From Chloroflexota bacterium (lineage in GTDB: Bacteria > Chloroflexota > Ktedonobacteria > Ktedonobacterales > JACDGC01): a stretch of DNA of 64,000 nt. The notes under the pieces are model-generated. The model worked only from the letters and a program-made list of their open reading frames with translations. It was not told where the DNA came from and ran no database searches. Positions 10,017 to 18,611 of the stretch are shown here, piece by piece. The translations under genes and the position numbers were made by a program. The stretch is from the NCBI GenBank assembly GCA_021778805.1, contig JAJYBV010000001.1, positions 12,639 through 76,638 on the forward strand, in the 5' to 3' direction. Within the stretch, counting starts at the first letter, position 1, and each line of letters starts with the position of its first letter.

Positions 10017-10709
10017 TCAGCGCCGATTTTCACCGCCGGATTCACTGGGAAACCCCAATCCGGCTTCGCGCATGCTTAAACATCTGCCCTGCCCAATGAC
10101 GATGTGATCGAGCAAAGCAATATCCAGCAGTTTGGCCGCGTTATATATTTGTTCGGTAATGCGTTTATCTTCTTGCGACGGTGTTGGGTCTCCGCTGGGG
10201 TGATTATGCGTAATAATAATAGATGGGCAATTGCGGGTAACTGCCGGACGCAGCGCTTCAGCAACACGCACCAGCGAGGCGTTAACCGTTCCCTGATAGA
10301 TTGTTTGGATATGCGCCACCATATTTTTGGTGTCCAGCAGCAACACGCGCAATTGTTCTTGCGGCAACGCGGCCATTTCAATGCCAATCAGCCGCATAAC
10401 ATCTTCGGGGCCTTTAATTTGGGGTCTGTCGCCGGGCATCGTTACCGCCAGCCTTCTGCCTATCTCTAACGCGGCTTTAATTTGCGCGGTTTTAGCCTCT
10501 GCCATGCCATGGTATGAACACAAATCAGCAAAATCGGCTCGTAACAGGCCGGTGAGTCCGCCATACACTTGTAACAGCTGCTGCGCCAGTTCAACAGCGT
10601 TGCAATTTTTTACGCCAACCCGCAAGATAACCGCCAGCAATTCTGCCGTTTGCAATGTTGGAGCGCCGAAGCGCGCCAAACGTTCCCGCGGGCGATCATC
10701 CGCGGGCAT
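10017..10709 (-). CDS. radC: RadC-family JAB/MPN-domain protein
   Basis: Starts MPADDRPRERLARFGAPTLQTAELLAVILRVG and contains the HNHPSGDPTPSQED (JAMM) motif. The ORF track extends 72 codons further upstream (to 10925), which is probably not translated. Confidence 0.85.
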   Translation of the reverse strand: MPADDRPRERLARFGAPTLQTAELLAVILRVGVKNCNAVELAQQLLQVYGGLTGLLRADFADLCSYHGMAEAKTAQIKAALEIGRRLAVTMPGDRPQIKGPEDVMRLIGIEMAALPQEQLRVLLLDTKNMVAHIQTIYQGTVNASLVRVAEALRPAVTRNCPSIIITHNHPSGDPTPSQEDKRITEQIYNAAKLLDIALLDHIVIGQGRCLSMREAGLGFPSESGGENRR

Positions 10710-11008
10710 ATCATGAATACTGTGCCGAAACGGTGAAATGGTGTAATTTTGATAGGTATTTAGCTGTTCCAAAGTATTATTACTTCCTTTTTTGCGGCGG
10801 TTTACTATGTGCGCTTTGAACCCGCAATCTATGCAGAAACGGCGCCATTGGCAGGGATATTGCGAGAATATTGCTGGGATATTGTGAATATCCAAAAGTA
10901 CCGGTAAAAAATGTGAAAAATTCACTTTTTTCTGTGACTATATGCTTCCAATCGCCTAAAATTCCGGTAAAACACTTTGAAATAGAAAATATGTTCATTT
11001 ATAGATTA

Positions 11009-11037
11009 TTGTAAATTCATCATTTTTATGATATAAT
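11009..11037 (+). promoter_or_regulatory. Near-consensus sigma70-type promoter (TTGTAA-N17-TATAAT) upstream of the receiver gene
   Basis: ttgtaa at 11009-11014, a 17-nt spacer and tataat at 11032-11037, preceded by tga. It lies about 65 nt upstream of the ATG at 11103. Confidence 0.55.
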
Positions 11038-11102
11038 CGTAGTTGTGCGTAAAGTTAGTTATGGTAAAAACTAAACTGTAGTTACCTACAAGGAGGTTCT
11101 AT

Positions 11103-11546
11103 ATGTCTCGCATGCCAGCGTCATTGCAAACATCCACAAAACCAATTTCCATTGTCATCCTTGATGATGATAAGGCGTTATTGGATTCGTTAACTTACTG
11201 CGTATCGGAAATAGGATATAAGATTGTGCCTTTTGATGAAAACGATATGCTATTCGAGTTTTTTGAACGACACAACACTGCCGATGTCTTAATTTTAGAT
11301 ATCGTTGGCGATCCTTCGCAAAACGGATTGAATGTTTTAGAGGAACTTGAAGAAAAATATGGGGAAAATATTCCCAGAATCCTCATTTCATCCGGTTTGC
11401 CTTACAAAAATTACAGCGGGCATCCCGCATTAAAGAAAGCGCCATTCGTGCATTTCTTGCAAAAACCTTATAATATCGAGCAATTTGTAAACGCTATCGA
11501 TATACTAACACTTCAAAAAAAATCGCATAAACGATCATTTTATTAA
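11103..11546 (+). CDS. Stand-alone response-regulator receiver (REC) protein
   Basis: 147 aa. The acidic pocket is IVILDDD and the phospho-acceptor context is VLILDI. ILISSG and QKPY supply the conserved S/T and K. RBS aaggagg at 11090-11096. Confidence 0.75.
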   Translation: MSRMPASLQTSTKPISIVILDDDKALLDSLTYCVSEIGYKIVPFDENDMLFEFFERHNTADVLILDIVGDPSQNGLNVLEELEEKYGENIPRILISSGLPYKNYSGHPALKKAPFVHFLQKPYNIEQFVNAIDILTLQKKSHKRSFY

Positions 11547-11562
11547 TGCCTTAAACAAACGT

Positions 11563-11596
11563 ATTCCCGCTGCGGCGCGCGGCGGGAATTTTTTTT
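11563..11596 (+). terminator. Rho-independent terminator after the receiver gene
   Basis: The stem attcccgc (11563-11570) pairs with gcgggaat (11582-11589) and is followed by a T-run to 11596. Confidence 0.75.
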
Positions 11597-11711
11597 GCTC
11601 TACACCATACATTACCTGCCGGAAAAATCGGTTTTTTTTATTGGCGCAGATATGTTCGGCATAGAAAACGCAGCACAAACTGCATAGTTCTAATGGTATT
11701 TCCTATTTAAA

Positions 11712-12521
11712 CAGGGACAAGATATATTTCGTAATCAGGGATACGTAAGGGGCGGATGCCCCTTACGCGGGGTTTGGGGTGTCCCCAAAATCTCTTTTAT
11801 GAAAATCTTTCACAGGGCAATATTGATTGCCGAGTGGCAAGGGCGACCGCAAGGGTCGCCCCTACCGGATTGCATGGCTTCATGTGTGACAGCGCGGCGT
11901 ATGCTCTAAAACAAACGATATGTGGCGGCGCTTGGGCTTCGGAGCGATGTAGTCGCCAAGGTGGCCACAAAACGAACACCACACGATGATGAACTTTCAT
12001 TATTAAAGAGGGACAAGATATATTTCGTAATCAGGGATACGTAAGGGGCGGATGCCCATTACGCGGGGTTTGGGGTGTCCCCAAAATATTTTTTTTATTT
12101 TTCCGATGGGAAATATTGGTAGCCGAGCAGCAAGGGCGACCGCAAGGGTCGCCCCTACCGGATTGCATTGCCTCAATGTGTACCGTGCAGTGTATGCTCT
12201 AAAACAAACGATATGTGGCGGCGCTTGTGCTTCGGAGCGATGTAGTCGCCAAGGTAGCCCCAAAACGAACACCACACGATGAATCGTGTGGCTTGTTTCC
12301 CCACCTCCACCCATGGGTACCGTGCGGTGATTGTTCAATAACAGGAACTATGGGATACTCAATGTACTCTGCTCTGTTGGTCTTCATCCTGATGAAAATA
12401 TCAAAGACCATAAACATGAGGAGTTCGTTTTTGTGGTCGCCCTTGCCGCCATCCAGCCACTTGCTTGGCGCCGTTTCTCCGGCGTTATGCGGACATTGTC
12501 AAAACTCACCTGAGTAGTTAC
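11712..12521 (+). repeat. Repeat locus III: ~296-bp composite unit duplicated in tandem, the second copy extended to right-end modules and the CTGAGTAGTTAC terminus
   Basis: gggacaagatatatttcgtaatcagggatacgtaagggg starts at 11714 and 12010. Modules A, B and C follow in the same order in both copies. The E module is at 12331-12412 and the terminus at 12510-12521. Confidence 0.9.
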
Positions 12522-12604
12522 ATGCAGCTTAAGATCTTGCTATATTGCTATTTAACGCGCTACCATGTGAATAATACAATCTGTGAAAGCTGGATAAACA
12601 AAAT

Positions 12605-13312
12605 ATGGCAAACGGCATAGCTGCGTTAGTCGGCGCAGGGGAGTTTTTAAGTGTAAGTGATCCAATTGATATTGAGTTGCTGCAGCATATTGCCGGAACC
12701 GCGCGTGTGGCTATTGTTCCGGCTGCGGCCGCGCCCGATGGCGGTGATTCTCCGCAGCGCTGGGCAAAGATGGGGGTAGATCATTTTACACGGCTTGGCG
12801 CCACTGCGTTTCCTGTTATGGCGTTAACCCGCGCCGATATGCAAAATGAATCGTTTGTGCAACAAATCCGCTCCGCAGATTTTGTTTATTTTTCCGGAGG
12901 CAAACCGCGCTATTTGCTGGAAATACTCGCCGAATCACCTTTTTGGGCAGCAGTAAAAGATATTTTTACTGCCGGTGGCGTTATTGCCGGTTGTTCCGCC
13001 GGAGCCATGGTTATGGCCGAATATATGGCCGATTTTCCCCAAGTATGGAAAACATTGCCCGCACTGGGTCTCGCTAAAAATTTAACAGTAATACCGCATT
13101 TTGATGAACTGCCTCAAGCCATAAAAAGTCCCATCGGCGCTATGCGGCATAAAGGATATATTGCCGGCATTGACGGCTCAACGGCGCTCATCGGTCCCTT
13201 TGAACAAAACGCATGGCGTGTTGTTGGGCGCGGCGCGGTAACTATTTATTCAGCTTCGGGGAAAAATAAGTATGCATCCGGATCTGTTATTCAATTGGAT
13301 GACAAGGAATAA
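12605..13312 (+). CDS. Peptidase S51 / cyanophycinase-like (class I glutamine-amidotransferase-like fold) protein
   Basis: 235 aa. FVYFSGGKPRYLLEIL and GGVIAGCSAGAMVM (nucleophile-elbow Ser) are typical of the S51 family. Confidence 0.55.
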   Translation: MANGIAALVGAGEFLSVSDPIDIELLQHIAGTARVAIVPAAAAPDGGDSPQRWAKMGVDHFTRLGATAFPVMALTRADMQNESFVQQIRSADFVYFSGGKPRYLLEILAESPFWAAVKDIFTAGGVIAGCSAGAMVMAEYMADFPQVWKTLPALGLAKNLTVIPHFDELPQAIKSPIGAMRHKGYIAGIDGSTALIGPFEQNAWRVVGRGAVTIYSASGKNKYASGSVIQLDDKE

Positions 13313-13317
13313 CCCAC

Positions 13318-14427
13318 ATGATACACCGGAACGGTTTCCTTGCGCCGGCTAAAAGGGCCGCAATTTCCATAGCTGCCGCCGCGCTGTTTCTTATTATTGC
13401 CGCCGCCGGAACAATTATGCAGCCGCTGCGCGCCGCTTCTTCAAAAGCAGGTTCCTGCAATATGCAGGCGTATACGCTTTCCGCGCAGGCTTCGCAGAAA
13501 CTTATTGAATATGCCATGCCGCAGCCAAACAGTGATTTAATGTCTACACTTGTCGGATCCGACGGAAACATTTGGTTGGGAGAGATGGGACAAAATCTGC
13601 TTGGCAGATTTAACCCGGCCACGCATATATTGGATGAATGGCCTGTGCCTAACGGCCATAACGGGGTTATGGATATGGCGGCCGGCGCTGCAGGTGATAT
13701 TTGGTTCGCCGAAGAGGCCGGTGGTTTTATCGGCCATTTTCAGCCGCAAACATGCGCGTTTACCGAATATCCCCTTACCGCACAATCCGGCGCGCGGCCT
13801 TCGCCGGTTGGTTTAACTATTGCGCCGGATGGCAAAGTTTGGTTTACCGATATTTCAACCGGTTTATTCGGTTATGTTGACCCGGTCAGCCAAAGTGTCC
13901 GGACCTATTTTCTGCCGGAATTAGATACTCCCGGCACGCCGATTCCCTATGATATTGCGGCAGACTCTGCCGGCAATGTGTGGATTGCGTTAATCAGCTC
14001 TCCGCAGATTGTGCGGTTTCATCCCGCAACCAGCGAGTTTTACACCTATACCGTTCCCATAGCGCAAGCGCAAATTAACGCAATTACAGTTGCGCCAAAC
14101 GGAGCCGTTTGGTTTGCGGTGATGTCTGGCGCATTAGGAGAAATAACACCGGGAGCATCTGCGCCAAAAATATTTACACCGCCAGCGGCGTTTGGTAATG
14201 TAGAGCAGCTTTACAGTTTACTGTATGACATTCACGGTAATATTTGGGTCACCAGCAGCAACGCCAATGCGCTTATCCGCTTTAATCCTGCGCAAGGCGA
14301 ATGGAGCCTTGCAAAACTTCCGGCGCCGGAAAGCGCGCCATATGGAATATCCGAATCACCTTCAGGCTCCATTTGGTTTACGGAAGGCGCGCAGGGAGCA
14401 AATAGATTTGGTGTATTAACGCCATAA
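13318..14427 (+). CDS. Secreted Vgb-like (streptogramin-lyase family) seven-bladed beta-propeller protein
   Basis: N-terminal hydrophobic signal/anchor. There are seven repeats of the form G(N/D/K/A/S)(I/V)W(F/L/I/V)...G....(F/V).P, for example GNIWLGEMGQNLLGRFNP, GDIWFAEEAGGFIGHFQP and GKVWFTDISTGLFGYVDP. Confidence 0.55.
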   Translation: MIHRNGFLAPAKRAAISIAAAALFLIIAAAGTIMQPLRAASSKAGSCNMQAYTLSAQASQKLIEYAMPQPNSDLMSTLVGSDGNIWLGEMGQNLLGRFNPATHILDEWPVPNGHNGVMDMAAGAAGDIWFAEEAGGFIGHFQPQTCAFTEYPLTAQSGARPSPVGLTIAPDGKVWFTDISTGLFGYVDPVSQSVRTYFLPELDTPGTPIPYDIAADSAGNVWIALISSPQIVRFHPATSEFYTYTVPIAQAQINAITVAPNGAVWFAVMSGALGEITPGASAPKIFTPPAAFGNVEQLYSLLYDIHGNIWVTSSNANALIRFNPAQGEWSLAKLPAPESAPYGISESPSGSIWFTEGAQGANRFGVLTP

Positions 14428-14581
14428 TCCTTTTTTTGATAATTGTATGATAAATATCTTATAGTCTTAAATAGAAAAGCGCCGGTGTATTGCTTATATG
14501 CGCCGAAGCTTCAGCGCTATTGTTCGTAAATTCTTTGTTTGCGACAAAAACTGCGCACACATCATCTTTAGGAGAATATCA

Positions 14582-15541
14582 ATGGAATACCGTCGTCTGG
14601 GTTCAGCAGGAATGAAAGTTAGTGTTATTTCTTTCGGCGGCTGGCTGAATTTTGGAGAAGGTGTAATGGCTGAAGAATTAGCCGGCCAATTAATAACTGC
14701 CGCTTATGATCAGGGAATCAATTTTTTCGATATCGCTGATATTTATCGCAAAGGCGAAGCCGAAACACAAATGGGTAAGGTTTTGAAGCAGTTCCCACGC
14801 CACAATCTTGTTATCTCATCCAAAGTGTTTTGGCCCATGAGCGATAACGTGAATGATCGCGGTCTTTCACGCAAACATATTATGGAAAGCATCGACGCTT
14901 CGTTGAAACGCATCGGCACAGATTATCTCGATATCTATTTCTGCCACCGGCACGATCCCGAAACGACTGCGCTGGAAGTTGCCCGCGCTATGACCGATCT
15001 TATTCAACAAGGCAAGATACTGTATTGGGGAACCTCGGAATGGACCGGGCAGGAAGTTCAGGAAGTGTGTGATGTTTGTGAAAAATATAATCTTTATAAA
15101 CCGCAAACAGATCAGCCGCAATATTCATTAGTGCACCGCAAACGTGTGGAACATACATTGCTGCCGGTAACGAAAAAAGAAGGTATGGGGCTAGTTGTCT
15201 GGTCTCCGCTGGGGCAAGGCTTTTTAACCGGCAAATATGACGGCGGCATTCCGGAAAATACTCGGTTAGGCCGGGAGAAATGGGCGCAAGAACGTTTCTT
15301 TCAAGGCGACCTTGCGGAACGATCTCGCAAACTGCAGCCAATTGCTGATGCGCTCGGCATAACTCGCGGGCAGTTGGCGCTGGCGTGGATTTTACATGAG
15401 CCGGGAGTATCCAGCGCAATTACTGGAGCAACTCAAAAAGAGCAGTTGCTGGAAAATGTGAAAGCGGCGCATATTACGTTATCAGATCAAACAATTGCGC
15501 AATTGAACGATTTATTTAACCCTGCGCTGGAAAGCGAATAA
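14582..15541 (+). CDS. Aldo/keto reductase (Kv-beta/YajO-like)
   Basis: Starts MEYRRLGSAGMKVSVISFG and contains INFFDIADIY, DIYFCHRHD and GAT(Q)KEQL. RBS aggaga lies just upstream. The ORF track start at 14498 is probably an upstream extension. Confidence 0.85.
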   Translation: MEYRRLGSAGMKVSVISFGGWLNFGEGVMAEELAGQLITAAYDQGINFFDIADIYRKGEAETQMGKVLKQFPRHNLVISSKVFWPMSDNVNDRGLSRKHIMESIDASLKRIGTDYLDIYFCHRHDPETTALEVARAMTDLIQQGKILYWGTSEWTGQEVQEVCDVCEKYNLYKPQTDQPQYSLVHRKRVEHTLLPVTKKEGMGLVVWSPLGQGFLTGKYDGGIPENTRLGREKWAQERFFQGDLAERSRKLQPIADALGITRGQLALAWILHEPGVSSAITGATQKEQLLENVKAAHITLSDQTIAQLNDLFNPALESE

Positions 15542-15605
15542 TCGTTCAGCAAGAAACAGCAAATACTCACTAAACCGCAGAGATTTTCAAAGTCTCATCA
15601 AAAAA

Positions 15606-15646
15606 AGCAGGCAGAGGAATTTTTCCTCCCGCCTGCTTTACTTTTT
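15606..15646. terminator. Hairpin between convergent genes (AKR / rplL), probably a bidirectional terminator
   Basis: aaaaaa-gcaggcagagg...cctcccgcctgc-tttactttttg. The GC-rich stem is flanked by an A-run and a T-rich run. Confidence 0.6.
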
Positions 15647-15674
15647 GCAATGCAAGAACTTAAGCCAGATTTAT

Positions 15675-16076
15675 TTACGCCGGCTTTACTTCAGCGGTAG
15701 CTCCGCCTTCAACCAGTTTCTTCATCATAGCTTCGGCGTCTTCTTTTGAAAGAACTGCTGCATTAACGGTTTTGGGCGCGCCTTCAACTACGGCTTTCGC
15801 TTCGCCTAAACCTAAGGAAGTTAATTCGCGGACCACTTTAATCACATTTACTTTTTTGGAAGCATCGGCAAGGCCGGTTAAAATAACGTTGAATTCGGTG
15901 GGAGCTTCTTCAACCGGGGCAGCGCCAGCGCCGCCAACGGGGGCAGCCATAACCATTGCCGGCATAGCGGCGGCGGCGGAAACACCCCATTTTTCCTGAA
16001 GTTCTTTGGTTAATTTTACCAAATCGAGAACGCTCAATTTTTCAATCTGTTCAATAATTTCATCTACTGTAGCCAT
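15675..16076 (-). CDS. rplL: 50S ribosomal protein L7/L12
   Basis: Starts [32 protein letters not shown], followed by an Ala-rich hinge, and ends [27 protein letters not shown]... Confidence 0.97.
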   Translation of the reverse strand: MATVDEIIEQIEKLSVLDLVKLTKELQEKWGVSAAAAMPAMVMAAPVGGAGAAPVEEAPTEFNVILTGLADASKKVNVIKVVRELTSLGLGEAKAVVEGAPKTVNAAVLSKEDAEAMMKKLVEGGATAEVKPA

Positions 16077-16172
16077 TGAAAGAACCTTTCTGACGAATGT
16101 ATCGTATTGTTGTTTTGTGTTTTGGCGGACATTTTGCTCATATGCAAACCATACGGCAAAAGGACCGGGCGG

Positions 16173-16697
16173 TTAAAATGCGCCGCCTTGTTTTTCCGCG
16201 TAGTTACGCAGAACCCCTACCAGATCGCGAATGGGAGCCGACAATAAACCATGGGTTTCCTGTAAAGGGCCAATGATAGAGCCGACAACCTGACCGCGTA
16301 ATTCTTGTTTGCCGGGAATTTTAGCAAGCTCTTCAACATCTTGCGCTGAAAGCTGGGTAGATTTCATAGCGCCGGATTTGATGGAAATTGTTTTTACTGT
16401 TTTCATCAAATCAACCAATGTTTTAGCCGGGCCTGTTTCATCCCCATAACCGATGATTATTGCAGTTGGCCGATTCAGCGAATTTGCGTCGAGCGCAACA
16501 CCGGCTTTTTTGCCGGCAATGCGAAGCAGTGTATTTTTAACAACCTGAATATCCAGCCCTTCCGAACGAAATTTCTTTCGTATATTGATTTGTTCTTTCA
16601 TATTCATGGCTTGTGTTTCAATTAACACAACTGCGGTAGATTTGCTCAGCTTTTCGCTCAGCTCATTAATAACGCCCTCTTTTTGTTTTGTTGGCAT
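16173..16697 (-). CDS. rplJ: 50S ribosomal protein L10
   Basis: The internal start MPTKQKEGVINELSEKLSKSTAVVLIETQAMNMKEQINIRKKFRSEGLDIQVVKNTLLRIA is preceded by aggagga. The ORF track extension to 16916 crosses the leader region. Confidence 0.93.
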   Translation of the reverse strand: MPTKQKEGVINELSEKLSKSTAVVLIETQAMNMKEQINIRKKFRSEGLDIQVVKNTLLRIAGKKAGVALDANSLNRPTAIIIGYGDETGPAKTLVDLMKTVKTISIKSGAMKSTQLSAQDVEELAKIPGKQELRGQVVGSIIGPLQETHGLLSAPIRDLVGVLRNYAEKQGGAF

Positions 16698-16830
16698 TGC
16701 TGGTCTCCTCCTTTCTGACTGATGATGTTCGTTTTCGGAACAATGTTCCCCAATATGACAGCGCAAAAAAATACCCCTGCGCACAGCGCAAGGGCAGATT
16801 ATATATTTAGAATCGTTCCGCATAGAGTGC
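16698..16830 (-). promoter_or_regulatory. Candidate rplJ (L10) leader with a terminator-like attenuator hairpin
   Basis: In minus sense, cccttgcgc-tgt-gcgcagggg (16774-16794) is followed by a T7 run (16765-16771), about 70 nt upstream of the rplJ ATG. A second hairpin, aatcgtccgca...tgcggaacgatt, lies upstream. L10 leaders are known autoregulatory elements, but I cannot confirm homology by eye. Confidence 0.3.
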
Positions 16831-17009
16831 GGACGATTTATGTACATAAACAAACTGCGCCTCGACAGGCAACTCCATGTCATTAAGCTGATAACAGCGC
16901 CTGTGGTCACTGGCATATATTCCGCATTTAGTATATGGCCCAGCGGATATGTTTGTCAAATTTCTGTACAGAAGGTTGCTATTCAGAGGATATTTACAAG
17001 AGCCGCAAA

Positions 17010-17315
17010 GAGGGACAAGATATATTTGCGTATCCCCAAGTTTCGTGGCGCTTTTGCTCCGGCGCGGAATTATTGGTCGTGCGGCCATAAAACGAACACC
17101 ACACGATAAATCATGTGGCTTGTTTCCCCATTTTCACCACCCGAGTTGCCATGGGTAATACTTTAACTTCGGGTAAATTGCAATAAAATCTCAAAATCCG
17201 CGCCGGAACATTGAGGTCATGCAATATTTTTAATAAAATGTATCTGGCAGGCGCCACAATCCCTGCGTAGTGGTTGGAATAGCCGCGAATGGCTGTACCA
17301 ACCACGAGTAGTTAC
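17010..17315 (+). repeat. Repeat locus IV: short variant (left boundary GGGACAAGATATA, module C hairpin, module G, terminus GAGTAGTTAC)
   Basis: gggacaagatata at 17012. aaaacgaacaccacacgataaatcatgtggcttgtttcccca at 17088-17130. gtggttggaatagccgcgaatggctgtaccaaccacgagtagttac at 17269-17315. Confidence 0.85.
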
Positions 17316-17329
17316 GACAGAAGTTTATA

Positions 17330-18607
17330 TTATAAAAAATTCAGCAGCGGGTAGTTTCCTCCCAGCAGCGATGTGGTGTTGGCCTGCGCCCATTTAGTTA
17401 GCACTGTAGCGTACACCGAGCGAAAATCGGTTGAATATACTAAATTGCCGTTGGTGTCTAAGGTACTTAAATCGGGATCAGGGCCATATAATCCGCCTTT
17501 TACCTTAGGGCCAAACACAAACAACGGCGCCGCAGTTCCATGATCTGTTCCCATACCACCATTTTCTTTCACGCGGCGGCCAAATTCGGACCACGTCATC
17601 ATCAACACATTGTTATCCGCGCTGTGCGCATGCAAATCTTGCCAAAAAGCTGCAATTGCGGCCGCTAATTCGGGGTATAACTGCTGCAGTGTTTCTTTGG
17701 CGTTTACATGTGTGTCAAATCCGCCTACAATCACATAGGCCACTTTTACGCCGACGTTTTGTGTAATTGCTCCGGCGACGATTTGCAGCTGCGAGGCAAG
17801 CGCAGATTTCGGATAGGTGATTGCAGGTTTATAAGATGCGTATGCTTTATCAAAATCCGCGGCGGCGCTAACTGTTGTTGCGGAAACCGAGGAAAGAAGA
17901 CCTGAAAGGGTATTTTGCGCGTTCGCTTGCGCAAACGACGTATACAATTGCAATAATAGCGATGTTCGGGTTTGATCTATCGCAGCGCTGGTCTGCGCCG
18001 CAGATTGCAGCTTAAAATTAGCGGCGCTGGCAATCGCCGGAACAGAAAGATTTGGCGCCAGCAGCGCATATGGCAGTTGGGTGCTTGTTTCTATTCCATT
18101 AAGCGGCTGAGACTGCGCGTTCGGCAATGTTGATAAATATTTACCAAGCCAGCCATATTCAGATGAACCTTGCTGCCCCGTCATATCTAACGATTCCCAA
18201 ATATACATCGATTGAAAATGCGATAAAATTGGATCGGGATACCCAACACCCTGCATCACCGCCATATTGCCCGATTCCCATAACGGCTGCAGCGCGCCTA
18301 ATTCTTTATTCAACCCCATCGCGCTGCTGAGCGGAATAACATCTTGCGCTGAAAGCGCTAATGTCGGCCGATTTTGCGCCAGCAAAGGATCGGTGTATGG
18401 CGCCACTGCATATAACCCATCATTTCCTCCTGCCATCTGCACAATAACCAAAATATTGTTGCTTTGCTGTGTTTGCGCCAGTGTTTCCGCCAATACACCC
18501 GCTGGGTACGCGGTATTCAGCATATCTAAGCCCAAGGCGCTTGCCCCAAGCATAAGCAGGCCATTTTTAAAAAATCCCCGACGTGAAGATATCATGCTGT
18601 GCGCCAT
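17330..18607 (-). CDS. DUF1501-family (sulfatase-like) protein with a Tat signal
   Basis: MAHSMISSRRGFFKNGLLMLGASALG is a twin-arginine signal. GGFDTH and TWSEFGRR..NGGMGTDHG are typical of DUF1501. I chose the start at 18607, just after the upstream gene's stop. Confidence 0.8.
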   Translation of the reverse strand: MAHSMISSRRGFFKNGLLMLGASALGLDMLNTAYPAGVLAETLAQTQQSNNILVIVQMAGGNDGLYAVAPYTDPLLAQNRPTLALSAQDVIPLSSAMGLNKELGALQPLWESGNMAVMQGVGYPDPILSHFQSMYIWESLDMTGQQGSSEYGWLGKYLSTLPNAQSQPLNGIETSTQLPYALLAPNLSVPAIASAANFKLQSAAQTSAAIDQTRTSLLLQLYTSFAQANAQNTLSGLLSSVSATTVSAAADFDKAYASYKPAITYPKSALASQLQIVAGAITQNVGVKVAYVIVGGFDTHVNAKETLQQLYPELAAAIAAFWQDLHAHSADNNVLMMTWSEFGRRVKENGGMGTDHGTAAPLFVFGPKVKGGLYGPDPDLSTLDTNGNLVYSTDFRSVYATVLTKWAQANTTSLLGGNYPLLNFL

Positions 18608-18611
18608 CCTT

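Noticed and set aside
16798-16803. TATAAT hexamer (minus sense) in the rplJ leader, considered as the rplJ promoter
   Set aside because: There is no acceptable -35 at 16-18 nt. The predicted TSS would fall inside the attenuator-like hairpin, which is inconsistent with that hairpin being part of the leader.
16698-16916. N-terminal extensions in the ORF track for rplJ (to 16916), radC (to 10925), the AKR (from 14498), cheR (from 43859), MarC (to 57525), acpS (to 31218), the PPOX gene (to 36643) and the SLT gene (from 47258)
   Set aside because: In each case an internal start with an RBS gives the canonical family length. The extensions overlap neighbouring genes or leaders and have non-protein-like composition.
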